Shown here piece by piece: positions 52,690 to 64,000 of a DNA stretch of 64,000 nt (position 1 is the first letter of the stretch; the number at the start of each line of letters is the position of its first letter). Source of the stretch: Ptychomitrium polyphyllum (lineage: Eukaryota); the NCBI GenBank assembly GCA_973851085.1, contig OZ316776.1, positions 2,046,001-2,110,000 on the forward strand, given 5' to 3'. The notes under the pieces were generated by a model, which was not told the origin of the DNA, did not search any database, and saw only the letters and a program-made list of their open reading frames with translations. Both the position numbers and the translations under genes were made by a program.

Positions 52690-55600
52690 GAGGATATATT
52701 TGATGAAATTTGCATACCTTCTCGGATGCATTTGTTACATTCGTTGAAGGTTCCCATGTTTGGTTATTGATGCCATATCCTTGCCAATGTATAGGTACTC
52801 CACACGTCTATTTTTGGTGCGGAAATCTAAAATCTCTTCCACTTCATATTCAATTTCATTATTGATTTCAAGTGGAGGAGATGGAGGAACAATTTTCTTT
52901 GATAAACATGATTTGTTATAGGTATTTAACAATGATACGTGGAATACTGGATGAATTTGCATGCTTGATGGTAGCTTTAAGCGATAACTAATTGGATTTA
53001 TCTGTTTGCTGATTTCACAAGGTCCTAGCCTTTGATAGTCCAACTTCTTTGATGGTCTTTTTGTTTGTATATTTTGTCGTAGGAGCCATACGCTATCTCC
53101 AACCTTGAACTTTCGATGGTCCTTTCGATGGCAATCTGCATAAGTTTTGTAACGATCTTGAGCTTGTTGTAACTGGAAGGTAATTTCTTGATGGATTTTA
53201 GCAAGTTGAATTGCAAAATCCTCTGCAGCAGGGCTTTCAACATGCTTCACTTGAAATAGATCTGTTCGAGGATGATGCCCATAGTTTGCAAAGAATGTAC
53301 TTTGAGTTGTTGAAGAATATACCGTAGTGTTGTAAGCAAACTCTGCCAAAGGCAAGAGATCCATCCAGTTGTCTTGTTGGTAGTTTATGCTACAACAAAG
53401 GTACCGTTCCAAAATTTGATTTACACGTTCGGTTTGGCCATCAGTTTGCGGATGGTGTGCTAAAAAAAGATTGATCTTTATACGCAACAGCTGGAATAAA
53501 GCCCTCCAAAAGTTGGAAATGAACTGCGGCCCCTGATCGGATACAATATCATCTGATAGTCCATGTATGCAGTAGATGTGATTTAGGAACAACTTGGCAG
53601 TTTCTTCTCCCATTATCGTTTAATTGCATGGAATGAAATGTGCCATTTTGTTAAATCGATCCACCACTACTAAAATAGAATCCTTAGATTTGGAATTTGG
53701 AAGGTCTGTGATAAAATCCATTGATAAAGACAACCATGGGCCCTTTGGCAATAGAAGCGGATGGAGGAGACCATTAGGTTGGTATCTTGGTACCTTGGTT
53801 CTTGCACAAGTGTTACATGATTGAACAAAGTCCTTTACGTACTTCCACATTTGTGGCCACCAATAGTCTCTAGCAATCAACTCCATTATTTTATTGAATC
53901 TAAAATGTCCTGTTACTGGAAAATCATAACGTGTTTAAAGGATCTTCAACTGCAAAGGGCCTGGAAGTAGGTACAAAAGTTCTGTATAATAAAGTAGGCC
54001 CTCTTGGATTTCAAAGTCTTCATCGCTATTTAAAGGACCTCCATTGTCTTTGAGGTGCTTCTTTATATTTGAAACAAAGATGTCATTCTTCAAAGCCTTC
54101 CAAATTTTGTCAAGATGGGATGTTGTCGTAATAATCGCTGCTTTCAATTGAAGATTCTCTGGTTTCAATAAAATAGTCTTTTGTTGATTCAAAACATCAT
54201 GTCCAAGTTGAGGAGTTAAATAAGATCTTTGAAATAAGGCATCTGGCTTACCTTGCAAGCTACCAGATCGATAAATAATGACAAAGTCAAATTTGGAAAG
54301 TGATATACTCCACCTTGCTTGACGGCAATTTTAAATACAAGCACTCATGAAATATTCCAAGTTTTTGTGGTCTGTATATATTGTGATGGTATGTTGAGCT
54401 CCTTCCAATAAGTGTCGCCATTTTTCAAACGCATCCACAATTGCAAGTAGTTCTTTATCATGTATATTATAGTTGATCTTTGCCGCTGAGAACTTCCTTG
54501 AACAAAAGGCAAGAGGGTGTAGTCTCCCGTCTTCATTATATTGTGAGAGTATTGAGCCAAGCGAAAAATCTGAGGCATCCGCTTCCAAATAAAAAGGCTT
54601 TGATGGATTTGGATGAATAAGAATTGGAGCCGACGTGAATGACTTCTTAAGACTTTGAAATGCTTTTACTGCCTCTTCATCCCAAATGAATTTTTGCTTC
54701 CCTGTAAAACGTGTTAATGGTGCCGCAATCTTGGAATAATTCTTGATGAATATTCTGTAGAAGTTTGCAAATTCCAAGAAGCATTGAACATCTCAAATTG
54801 ATCTTGGCGTACTCCACTCCATGATAGTACTTATTTTTTTCTTATCCATATGGATTCCTCCTTTGGAAATGATGTAGCTTAAAAATTCAACCGATGATTT
54901 ATGGAAAAGGCACTTCTCCAATTTGGCTTATAATCCTCGCTGGCACAATTTTTTAAAGACCAGTCGCACATAACATTCGTGATTTTGTTCATCTTTTGAA
55001 TATATCAAAATGTCATCTAAGTAGATGACTATAAAATCGTCCAAATGTTCATGGAAGATATCATTCATCATGTATTGAAAGACTGCGGGGGCATTAGTAA
55101 GGCCAAAAGGCATGACATTGTATTCAAAATGACCATACCTAGATCGAAAAGTTGTCTTCCATTCGTCTCCTTTTTTGATGCGTACAAGATTGTAGGCTCC
55201 TCTAAAATCAATTTTGGTGAATATCTTTGTTTGGCCAAATTGTTGTAGAAGTCTTGAGATTAGTGGTAATTGATAGCGATTCTTTTTTGTTACTTTATTG
55301 AGGCCTCGATAGTCCACGCACATATGTAATGATCCATCTTTCTTCTTTACAAATAGAATGGGTGCTCCAGCAGGTGATTTAGAATGTTGGATGTAACCCT
55401 TTCTAAGGTTTTCATCAATATATTCTTTCAAGGTAGTCAACTAAGTTTGTAATAAGTTATAAATAGGTCCAAAAGGTGGTTGGGCTCCTTCTTGCAACTC
55501 AATGGTATAATCGTAAAGCCGATGCTTTGGTAACATGTCCGTATTCTTTTTTTCAAAAATGTCTTTATAATCTTGATATTAACGAGGTATGTTTTAATTA

Positions 55601-57148
55601 GTCTCTATCATAAAGCTGGACGTTGGTATGGCATAATTGGCATAGATTGGTTCGTCCTTTGCCGCTCTCATAAATGCCTTAGCATCAATAAATGATGGTC
55701 CAAGATTTCTCGTACCTTGGCGTCTGTTTTTTGAGACCACACTCCGTGAGCGCCAATCAATATCTAGATTATGTAATTCAAATCAAAGAAGGCCCAAAAC
55801 AATAAGATTTGTTTGGCATTGAATGATGTTGAAGACAATTTTAGATGCCTGGTTTCTTAAAACAACTTCCAAGGGTTGAGTTTTTCAATAATGTTGCCTG
55901 ATGCAAGAGATTGTTCATCAATAACTTCAATAGGTGCAGGATATTTTTTGTTCACAAGCACCATGTAATTTTTGGTTGCAAAATTCTTGTCCATGAAACA
56001 TGCGGTTGCACTAATGTCTAAAAGAGCCTCACTAATTATTTTATCATCTAACAATTTAATTTTGATAGGAAATGTAAAACAAGAGGTAGAGCTTGAAGGT
56101 AATAAGAGACCTTGATTTGATACACATTTCCTTGTGGTATCTAGTCACATGGTCTCTATTGTGACTGAACAGCCTTAATTTCCAACTCCACCATTGTGCT
56201 TTGAACCTTAAAGGCAGATCCTTTGATTTGGCAGTCGTGCACTTTATGTCCAAACTTGCCACAATACAAACATAGGTTTTCTCTTTGACGCCTTCTTTTT
56301 TCTTCCGAAGTCAAACATCTGAACTGGACAGCATCAATTTGCATAGGTTCTGGTCCTTGTAGTTGGCTTTTGAATATTCTTGAAGAAGTGGTAGCCATGC
56401 TTTGATGTACTAGTCGCCATCCCAAGCGTTATTCTTGGCGCCTTTCAAACAGTCTATTGTCATATGCTATTGCTTGAGTGATGAATTCGTCCAACGTTTC
56501 AACTCTTGGCATTGTGAGTAGCAAGTCCTTTACATTCTTTTTTAAGCTCCATCAGAATTGTGAAACTAAGGCTTTATCATTCCAATTAAGGTCGCAAGCT
56601 AATTGTCAAAACTTTGCACCATATGTAGCAGCTGAGCGCTGTTCTTGTTGGAGACTTTGGATCCTTGTTTCAGCCACCCTTTCTCGGTCGGTGTCTCCAA
56701 AAGTAGATGTCAATGCTTCTATGAAAGCATCTAAGTTGTTCAATAATGGTGACTGCTTCTCTATTAGTAATACAAACCACAATAATGTATTGTTTGATAA
56801 AAGAGTGGCCACAAAGCCCACTTAAGTTGTGCCATCAGGATAGCGAGATTGATGCAAACTAAGGAAGAATCTTACTTGTTGAACAAAGCCTCTCAATTTT
56901 GATCTTGATCCATCGAACTTGTTTGGCATGCTAATCTTTGACTCTACATGGGTTTGACGTAAGCCTTCCCTTCTAATATTGGCCTTTTGCAATTGAACAA
57001 CCTCTTGATATAGGCTTTAAATATCACCATTGGATTCTTCAGCTTGCCGAGTGTATTGCTCCAAATTGTTGGTGGTATTAGAACAAGCAAGTTCCGTTTG
57101 AACTATATTAAATAACTCTTGAAAGTCTGCATTAGTTGCCAGGCACAT
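52690..57148 (-). pseudogene. gag-pol of element B, frameshifted and stop-interrupted
   Basis: Gag [18 protein letters not shown]; protease [32 protein letters not shown] and YLDDILIYS; RNase H EADASDFSLG; integrase SMDFITDLP, IVSDQGPQF and HPQTDGQTERVNQ; chromodomain EYEVEEILD...WEP. The ends are approximate. Confidence 0.93.
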
Positions 57149-57377
57149 TATTCATTTTTTAAGATTGGCAAAGACAAGAAGACTATGAGTACCTTCAAAG
57201 GAGGAAAATCCACGTCCTTCGAAAGAAGTAATATTTGGTTCTAGAAGGAAAAACCAACTCTATGGAGCCAGCTTAGAGGAGGGTAATCCGCAATCTCTAA
57301 AACACTATGGAATCCTAAAGAAGATGGGTAATCTTGAATCTTCTTCAAAGAACCTTAGCTCTAAAAAAGATAAAAAG

Positions 57378-57389
57378 TAGTCTTGCCAA
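57378..57389 (-). other. Primer binding site of element B, complementary to its own LTR
   Basis: Sense TTGGCAAGACTA lies 2 nt inside the 5' LTR boundary. Its complement is at 57525-57536, and at 50661-50672 in the other LTR. Confidence 0.7.
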
Positions 57390-58651
57390 ACTATTAGGAA
57401 CACAAGAAACAAGAAGCAAAAACAAAGTGTTTTCCAAGAATTAGCTTCCAAAGAGCTAATGATTAACAACAACTTGATACAAAGGCTAGAATAAGGCAGG
57501 ATTCAAGATGATCCACAACTTGAGTTGGCAAGACTAAGGAATATCTTGTCTTGCCTCCTATCTATACTATGACGTTTGTATCTTCTAGGATACTTCCAAA
57601 GAAGCTTCCTACAAGGCTTAAGAATGTTCTGGAAGTCTAGGGAACCTTCCTTGGAAGTTTCCTAAGGTAGCGGAACCTTCTTAGGAAGTTTCCTAAAGAG
57701 GTAGAACCTTCTTAGGAAGTTTCTTAAGGTAGAAGAACTTTCCTAGGAAGCTTCCTAAGAACATGGAAAGACTATGGAGACATTTAAAAGTATTTTAAGA
57801 AGCTTTTTTAGTATACTAGAAGGTTTTAGAATGTTCTAAGGACTATGTTGCATGATCTATGTCCGTGATACATATCATCAAACTTTTTTGGAAGGTTGGT
57901 TTTTAGATCCTTTAGTGTTGACATAGAATTGTCAGCCTAAATTTGTACTTTTTGTACTAAAACATGTTCAAAGAATGGAATACCTAAGATGATTTGAAAT
58001 AGCAACTAAGGTGTTTTTGCTTCTTAACTATTATATGTGATTATATAAGATTTTTTACTTTGCTTGAATAAAATCTTGCTCTTCATATTTGATATTTTAA
58101 GGGCGTTTATAATTAAATCTAGTTTGGCTTCTTTTGAATTTATTATATTGAATTCTTTGCTTTCTAGTATAGAAATGAAAAAAAAAAAAAACATATACAA
58201 CTAAACAAAAAAATTAAAGAAATATCATGGATAATACCAATATAGAGGTGGATAATTTACAACTTCTAAAGCGTTGTAGTACTTCCAAGAAGAAAAACAT
58301 GTATTTTCCATCAAAAATATCAAATTTTAAAATTGTTGTATGACAATTTCAACAAATTATCACGGATAAAGTAAGGTCAAGGCAAAGCTTCAAGACTATA
58401 GGACATGGAATAAAAAAATTCTAAAATAGATTAGAAGCAAAGAACTATAACAAGGTACAATAACAAGACTATGAGGCCTGAATTAGACCACAAGAGGTGT
58501 CTTGTCAGGTCCAAAGCCTCAACTCCTATATATACCAAAATTACAAGCCTTAGGAGCTTCTTGAGAAGCTTCAAATACAATGTTTTGTACTCAATCAACC
58601 TTTGGTTGCTTCATTAGAAGCTTCCTTAATCAAGGTAACTTCCTTAGCCTT

Positions 58652-59796
58652 TGTCGCGCACCTCTCCTTGAGGAGTGCTTGCAACACTAAAGGCACAAGG
58701 AAAACCTTGAAGTGACGTCCGAAACTTGTGGCACCAATTGTAAAAAGAACCGAGTAGGCCTAGCGTGGGAAGGACCCCTAGGGAGAGAAACATCCTTACC
58801 CATGTAAACCGAGGGCCACAAGGGATAAATCGTAGGCATTGGAGGAATCACGAAGAGTTGATTCTAGAATGCTAAAGATTGCTCAAATCGGACAAGAGAG
58901 CTAAAAGTTATGGCATCCCAAAGTTGGGGTTGCCAAGTGGCTGTTCTAGACTGTGACAGCCCTACACAATGACTGTACTGGAGTCGGACAGTCCAGGGAG
59001 GGACTCCCCGGGAGTCCCGAACCTTAGGAGAGGCGTATCTCCCACAATACTAACTCAAATCGGACGTTTGAGGAGTCTATCGGCATCTACGCAAAGAGTA
59101 AATGACGATAGAGTGGTTGCTTGATACATTCAGGCACCGGACAAGAAAGATATGGCTCCCTGAAGGTCCGCTGGGAGTTTTGGAGGCTTCTAGCGGCTAA
59201 GTTCCAAGGGAGATCGGGTGGTCTTCCAAAACTTTAGGTGTGTCGGGGTTCAGCCAGCTACAGAGGGCCAGGGGGCCTGCCAAATCCCACAGAGAGTACT
59301 ATAGGGGAGGGTTGGTCTCCTTCCCCACTCCCATAGTGTCCCGGTAGGAACCAAGGGTGAATCCCGGTTGGTGGAGCTAGCGTTAGAGCTTCACCACAGG
59401 GACTCCCACACCATTATGAGCCAGAAGATGGCCGGTTTCACAGAGGGAACTAGCACGTTTAAAAGGGTACGCTTGTTACCACTAAGTTGGGGTGGTGTCT
59501 TCACGCCGGCACCATGATGGCCCGGGGTGATCTTAGGATCGCATGGGAATCATGAGTGGTGGTGAGGAGACACCACTAAGTGCGGTTAGGCCGTGTGGAA
59601 TGGAAATAACACCAAGTGAGGCCTTGGACATGAATGGAAGTCCGCACCTAACCATTGGCTACCAATCAATTGGGTGTCCTAAGATAAATGGTAGAAAGAA
59701 TTGGAAAGTGAGAATGAGAGTAAGCTATGTTCATGTAGGGGTGTCAAGGGTTGACGCGCGTGACGCTTGCTAAAGTGCATCACAAGGGTTGCAACA
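58652..59796. mobile_element. Solo LTR (family 'C', 1145 bp) inserted in the 5' LTR of A
   Basis: TGTCGCG...TGCAACA termini and a decayed TSD GCCTT/ATCTT. Removing it restores the LTR sequence seen at ~44440 (TAGCCTTCTTAAA). Confidence 0.85.
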
Positions 59797-60947
59797 ATCT
59801 TCTTAAATCTTTTAAGAACTTATCTAAAAACTTCTTATATGTATGTTTGTAACATCAACATTTAAAATACTAAAAAATATCGCATGCATCAATCATAAAT
59901 CACCAAATTCTTAATAAATTTGGTGAATTGTTGTGTTGAATTTGTATTAAATGAAAAGAGAATTATGGATTAGTAGTAATGGACTAATTCACCAAATACT
60001 TCTACAAATATTGTATTCATTGTTTGACTCAAAGATTATGTATTTGATGAACTCTTTATATCTCCCACATTTAATAGTGCATTCATACATGCACAAGATT
60101 CATTTAATAAATCTTCTGATGTTTTGCAACTCTATGCACGGTTCTGTGGTATATTTTGGAAGTTTTCTCTAAAAATTAGCCTCCAAGTGTTCTTAGGTAC
60201 ATTTTATTTTGTATACAAATGAGTTATACAAGCATAATGGATGTTATAAACTTGAAATTTATGTATTTCTAGTTTGCAATAGTTTGCAAATGCATCAAAC
60301 CCAATCCGCCAAATTTACATACATTTTGATACAACCATTATACATCATGTTTGCAGTAAAGCACCTATACAAAAAAAATCATGGAAAAAAGGGGAAAAAA
60401 AGGCAAGATAACATTTCTAAACCTCAGCCTTTCTGGCTCCCTCTCTTTTTTCCTTTTCTTTTGTTTAAAAATAACAAACCTTTCCAAGTTGGTCTCAATG
60501 TGACACTGAGAAAAGTCTGACATGGTTTTTTGAAAATTACACAGAATTCCGCATAAAGGACAAACCAGAGCAACTGAGAATCATCCTATCAATATTCAAG
60601 TCTCAAGCTGGAAACACAGACTCATGGCTCATTGCCTGGTGAAGAAACATTCTCATCTTCTACTCCTCTTTGTTTCATCCACATGGTCTTATGGCATTGA
60701 AACCCCTCAGCATATTATTCTTTACCCAAATGAAGTGAATTCATTGCAAGGAGGGTGCGCACTGTGAGAGAGAGAAAAGCTTACTGCACACTGCTAGATT
60801 CAGGATAACCCTATTATTGAGATCTTGGAAGTGACCTTCTTGGCTCTCTTGAGAAGGCCCTGTAAGGCTACCCTACTCTAGTCCAGGAAAGTAATCTATA
60901 CCTTCTGTTTTAGTTGCCCTTCTCTCCAAACTTCCTGGTTTAAAATG

Positions 60948-61077
60948 ATTGTTTCATCCACATGGTCTTCTACATTGTTTCATCCACATGGTCTTCTACA
61001 TTGTTTCATCCACATGGTCTTCTACATTGTTTCATCCACATGGTCTTCTACATTGTTTCATCCACATGGTCTTCTAC
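60948..61077. repeat. Minisatellite, 26 bp unit ATTGTTTCATCCACATGGTCTTCTAC x5
   Basis: Five perfect contiguous units, plus a 21 bp dispersed copy at 60670-60690. Confidence 0.95.
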
Positions 61078-64000
61078 ATCCATAAGGTGAAAGGATAGCT
61101 AAAAGATTTAAAGGTTTTTGGAACGTACTTTGGACAAAGCCGTTACTGTTGCTAAATGGTAAGTTCTTGAGTCTGGTCTGGAGTCCTCTGTTGTTTTCTC
61201 CTTCCCCCTGAACACTGCCCATTGTTGGGGGAGGGTTTCATTTTCAGGAAAAAAATTAAAATCATGCGCTTCACATTGAAGTGTGTACAAACCACAAACT
61301 ATTTCCAGGGTGAGATCAGAGGGAAGACCCCTCACCAAGAACTCTTGAATTGGGAACTGAAACAAGTTGACTTTAGATTCAGTGGCTAAACTGGATGTAC
61401 TGTACTGAGTGGGCTGCTTCTTTGATGCTTCCAAGTTGACTCTTGGAAAGCCTATTTCCTTATCAAATTTTCTGACAGCTTTAACCTTCAAGGGTAACAT
61501 CACACAAAAGCCAGAAGAAACTTATGTTAGGCCCTTGCCTTTGTCTTTGCACATGTAATTTGGGATAAGCTTAATAGTACATGGTCAAGAAGGTTTACAC
61601 AGGCAGCTTTGGCTTGTTGATATGCTGATACCAAAAGTGGTGTAATGAAGGTTATGAGATGTAAATAGAAGTTCATTAGGAACTAAAACATACAACAGCC
61701 CACTTCAGATGGAATGCAACAGGAGAGGGAAAGATAAGTAGGCCCATATCTTCCGCCAAACAAAATGTGACCTTTTAAATATTGTATAAATTAACATTGT
61801 TTTAATTCACAGACACTTGTTTGAAAGTCACTGCACCTTGCAAAAGAAATTTCTCATAATTTGAAATAGTTCTAAATTTTTAACAGGTGTGATCGCAAAA
61901 GCCCAAAACTTACCAATAGGGCAATCCACCAACCACCCTTTATTAAATCTAATAACCACCTAGATGAAATCTAATAATCACCACTTAATGCATGTACAAC
62001 TAGTTATGTTTTATTCAATATCCACCATGGAAAAAGTGCATTTTCATTACATGTCCATTTTCAATAATCTATTATAAAATTCACATTACTACCCCTTCAT
62101 GAGTCCATTAATTTCAATCACATTATTACCATTTTCTTAACCATTTGTCACTTTGATGGTTACTAAATCTGCATTTGGTGGTTATTAGTCTTTTATAATT
62201 GGTAGATTTAAAAAAGAAGTAGGAATGGGTGTGCTTGTTTTAAGGTTAAGTTGCATAAAAGCAACTATCTATCTATTACAACTAATTTTAATTTAATAAT
62301 GTATGTAGAATTATTTTTGAAAAAAAATAATATGGAAAAAATGTAATATAATGTTGATGAAACCATATTTTTTGAATAAATCCATAATGAAAATTTGAAG
62401 TGGAATTTCTTGAACTTCCTACACATAAATCATCTTGGAAATAAACACATGAAAGAGTCAAACATGGGTAGTACTAAATTAAATGTTACATTATCATTTC
62501 GTTAAGAAAGTAGTAGTTTATATTAAATTGAACTAAGCACACCAAAATACTTTGTGCACAACAAAATGATGTGTAGGATTTCATTCATTGTGGGGATACA
62601 TTATAAAGGTAAGTACTTCAAGGATGAGCATAGGCTCCAAAGTATAGAGCAAATTCCCATGTAAAAAAATTGTTAGGCCTCCTTCCTTATTTGTAGACCA
62701 ATTCTACTTATCCACCCTTGAAGTACTCACCCTTGGACTATAACCTCATTTATTGTTATTCAATCCATTTTCAGGTTTTATAGCACTTCATTCAATGTCA
62801 AAATATATGGGGAAGGATTTAGAAGGGGCAAAGTTTGAGGTTCCACCTTAATAATTCACTCAGTTGTAAGGTTAAGGCCAAGGGGAGGGGTTGTCCATTT
62901 TCCAGTACCAGCCTGCATTCCACCCACCTAAGACAAGAATCAACAAAGCAGGTCACATGTTTGCAAATACTTCTCTGAATTTTGAAATGTGGACAGGAAC
63001 ATGGCTATGAAGTCAGTAGGCCACCACAAACTTTATTTTGCAGATGAATCATGATCAAATAATTCATGTGCATGCATCACTCTGTTCCTCAACCATGTCA
63101 TGATGTTCAGACTTGCTTCCCAAATCCCTTATTTCTTGTAGGAATAGGTTTCATGCAATTGAAGGTCAAGTTTGCATCAATTTTATACTTTTTTCACAAT
63201 AAGTCAAACAAGATCCGTACCATGCTAATGAACAAGAGAAAGAGTAGGTTGTCTTGTTGCATGATTGACATACTTTTGAGCTGCATTGCATATGACAATT
63301 GATAGTTGGCCAACAAGCAATATGTCTGCAATTCAAGGCTCGTCAACATGAAACATTTGTATACTGTATGCAACCAACCTGTCCTTCAAATTGTGCATTG
63401 TCTTGTATCCCTTGTTTTGAACTCAGAATCCATGAGAAATATGAAGCATTCAATAAGAGCAGCAGAGGACCATGGGCAGCTTTAAATGTTTCATCAGAGT
63501 TGCCCAGATGCTTGAGAATGCGGAGACACTTCCATTGATTTTCCAACTGTGCTCATCTGTGTAATTGTGGAATATGAGTTGATGTGAGATCCTCTCATTG
63601 CAACAGTGAGAGATATGTACCAGCTCACTAGGATGTTGATGAGAGTTTTCTAAGCATAACTACACAACACACAGATATGACTACTTGCACCTATGCTACA
63701 ATAGATTTTTTTGAATTTGATCATTTCATAAATAAACTTGCCACTGTTTCTGATAGCTTCGGTCTGCTGGCAGAGATTTGGAAACTTTATCTCCATTAAA
63801 GACTGAAGCAGAAAGTGGGTTACTGGCAGCCAAGGAGAGCAAAAGCTTCTTAGGGAAGCTAAGCGCAATTGAATGGACAAGCAAGCGATAGGCTCCTCTC
63901 CTTTTGCTTTGCATTTACCATTTCCTCTACAATTAAAAATAGTGAATCACTTCATTACAAACTTGTTCATGTATAAATTCAGTCTTTAGTTCCAACCTTA

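Larger units (their letters stand above)
50528..57870 (-). mobile_element. Full-length decayed chromoviral Ty3/gypsy element 'B' nested in gag of A, 3' LTR 50528-52018 (interrupted), 5' LTR 57392-57870
   Basis: LTR ends on + are TGTTAGG...GTGACA (left) and TATTAGG...GTGATA (right, decayed). TSD CATAC/CATAT. PPT next to the left LTR. Gene order gag-PR-RT-RH-IN-chromodomain. Confidence 0.92.
44166..59854 (-). mobile_element. Old Ty3/gypsy LTR retrotransposon 'A' (outer, highly decayed), 3' LTR ~44166-44497, 5' LTR ~58358-59854 (interrupted)
   Basis: Two related LTRs share TTAGACCACAAGAGG and AAGCTTCAAATACAATGTTTTGTA and both end in TGTAACA. Candidate TSD TCAAT/TCAAC, ambiguous because TCAAC also follows the left LTR. 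Minus-strand remnants: integrase (YHGLSNNII, GPQF), RNase H (KTDASNFSLEAILSQ, YSRKF), RT (FEYNVMPF) and gag knuckle CLFCRKPGHKVDHC. Confidence 0.8.

Noticed and set aside
58330..58540. Self-priming complementarity in element A
   Set aside because: Only a 6 nt match (TGACAA) remains, which is too decayed to call.
61108..61503. 131 aa minus-strand ORF, and the short ORFs at 41.1-41.4 kb and 63.0-63.9 kb
   Set aside because: No recognisable domain, and no consistent exon chain could be built.

Overview
Eukaryotic land-plant genomic DNA, most likely a moss such as Physcomitrium (inferred from the chromoviral LTR elements and head-to-head identical gene pair; not verified). Genes found: a ~14-exon orphan gene that the ORF track shows only as fragments (563-5891, +); a class III peroxidase (11459-12752, +); a peroxisomal acyl-CoA oxidase ending in SKL (14134-19959, -); two near-identical RPS19 genes forming a ~1.8 kb head-to-head inverted repeat around a 100-N gap; and a CFL1-like WW/EAR/zinc-finger gene (36599-38091, +). 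44.2-59.9 kb is a nest of decayed Ty3/gypsy elements: outer element A, inner chromovirus B, two related solo LTRs each inserted inside another element's LTR, and a 1.5 kb unclassified insertion. Best leads: (1) an extra ORF between pol and the 3' LTR that is conserved at protein level between A and B; (2) a Tf1-type, tRNA-independent self-priming signature in B; (3) the orphan multi-exon gene. All coordinates were read by eye; no searches were run.
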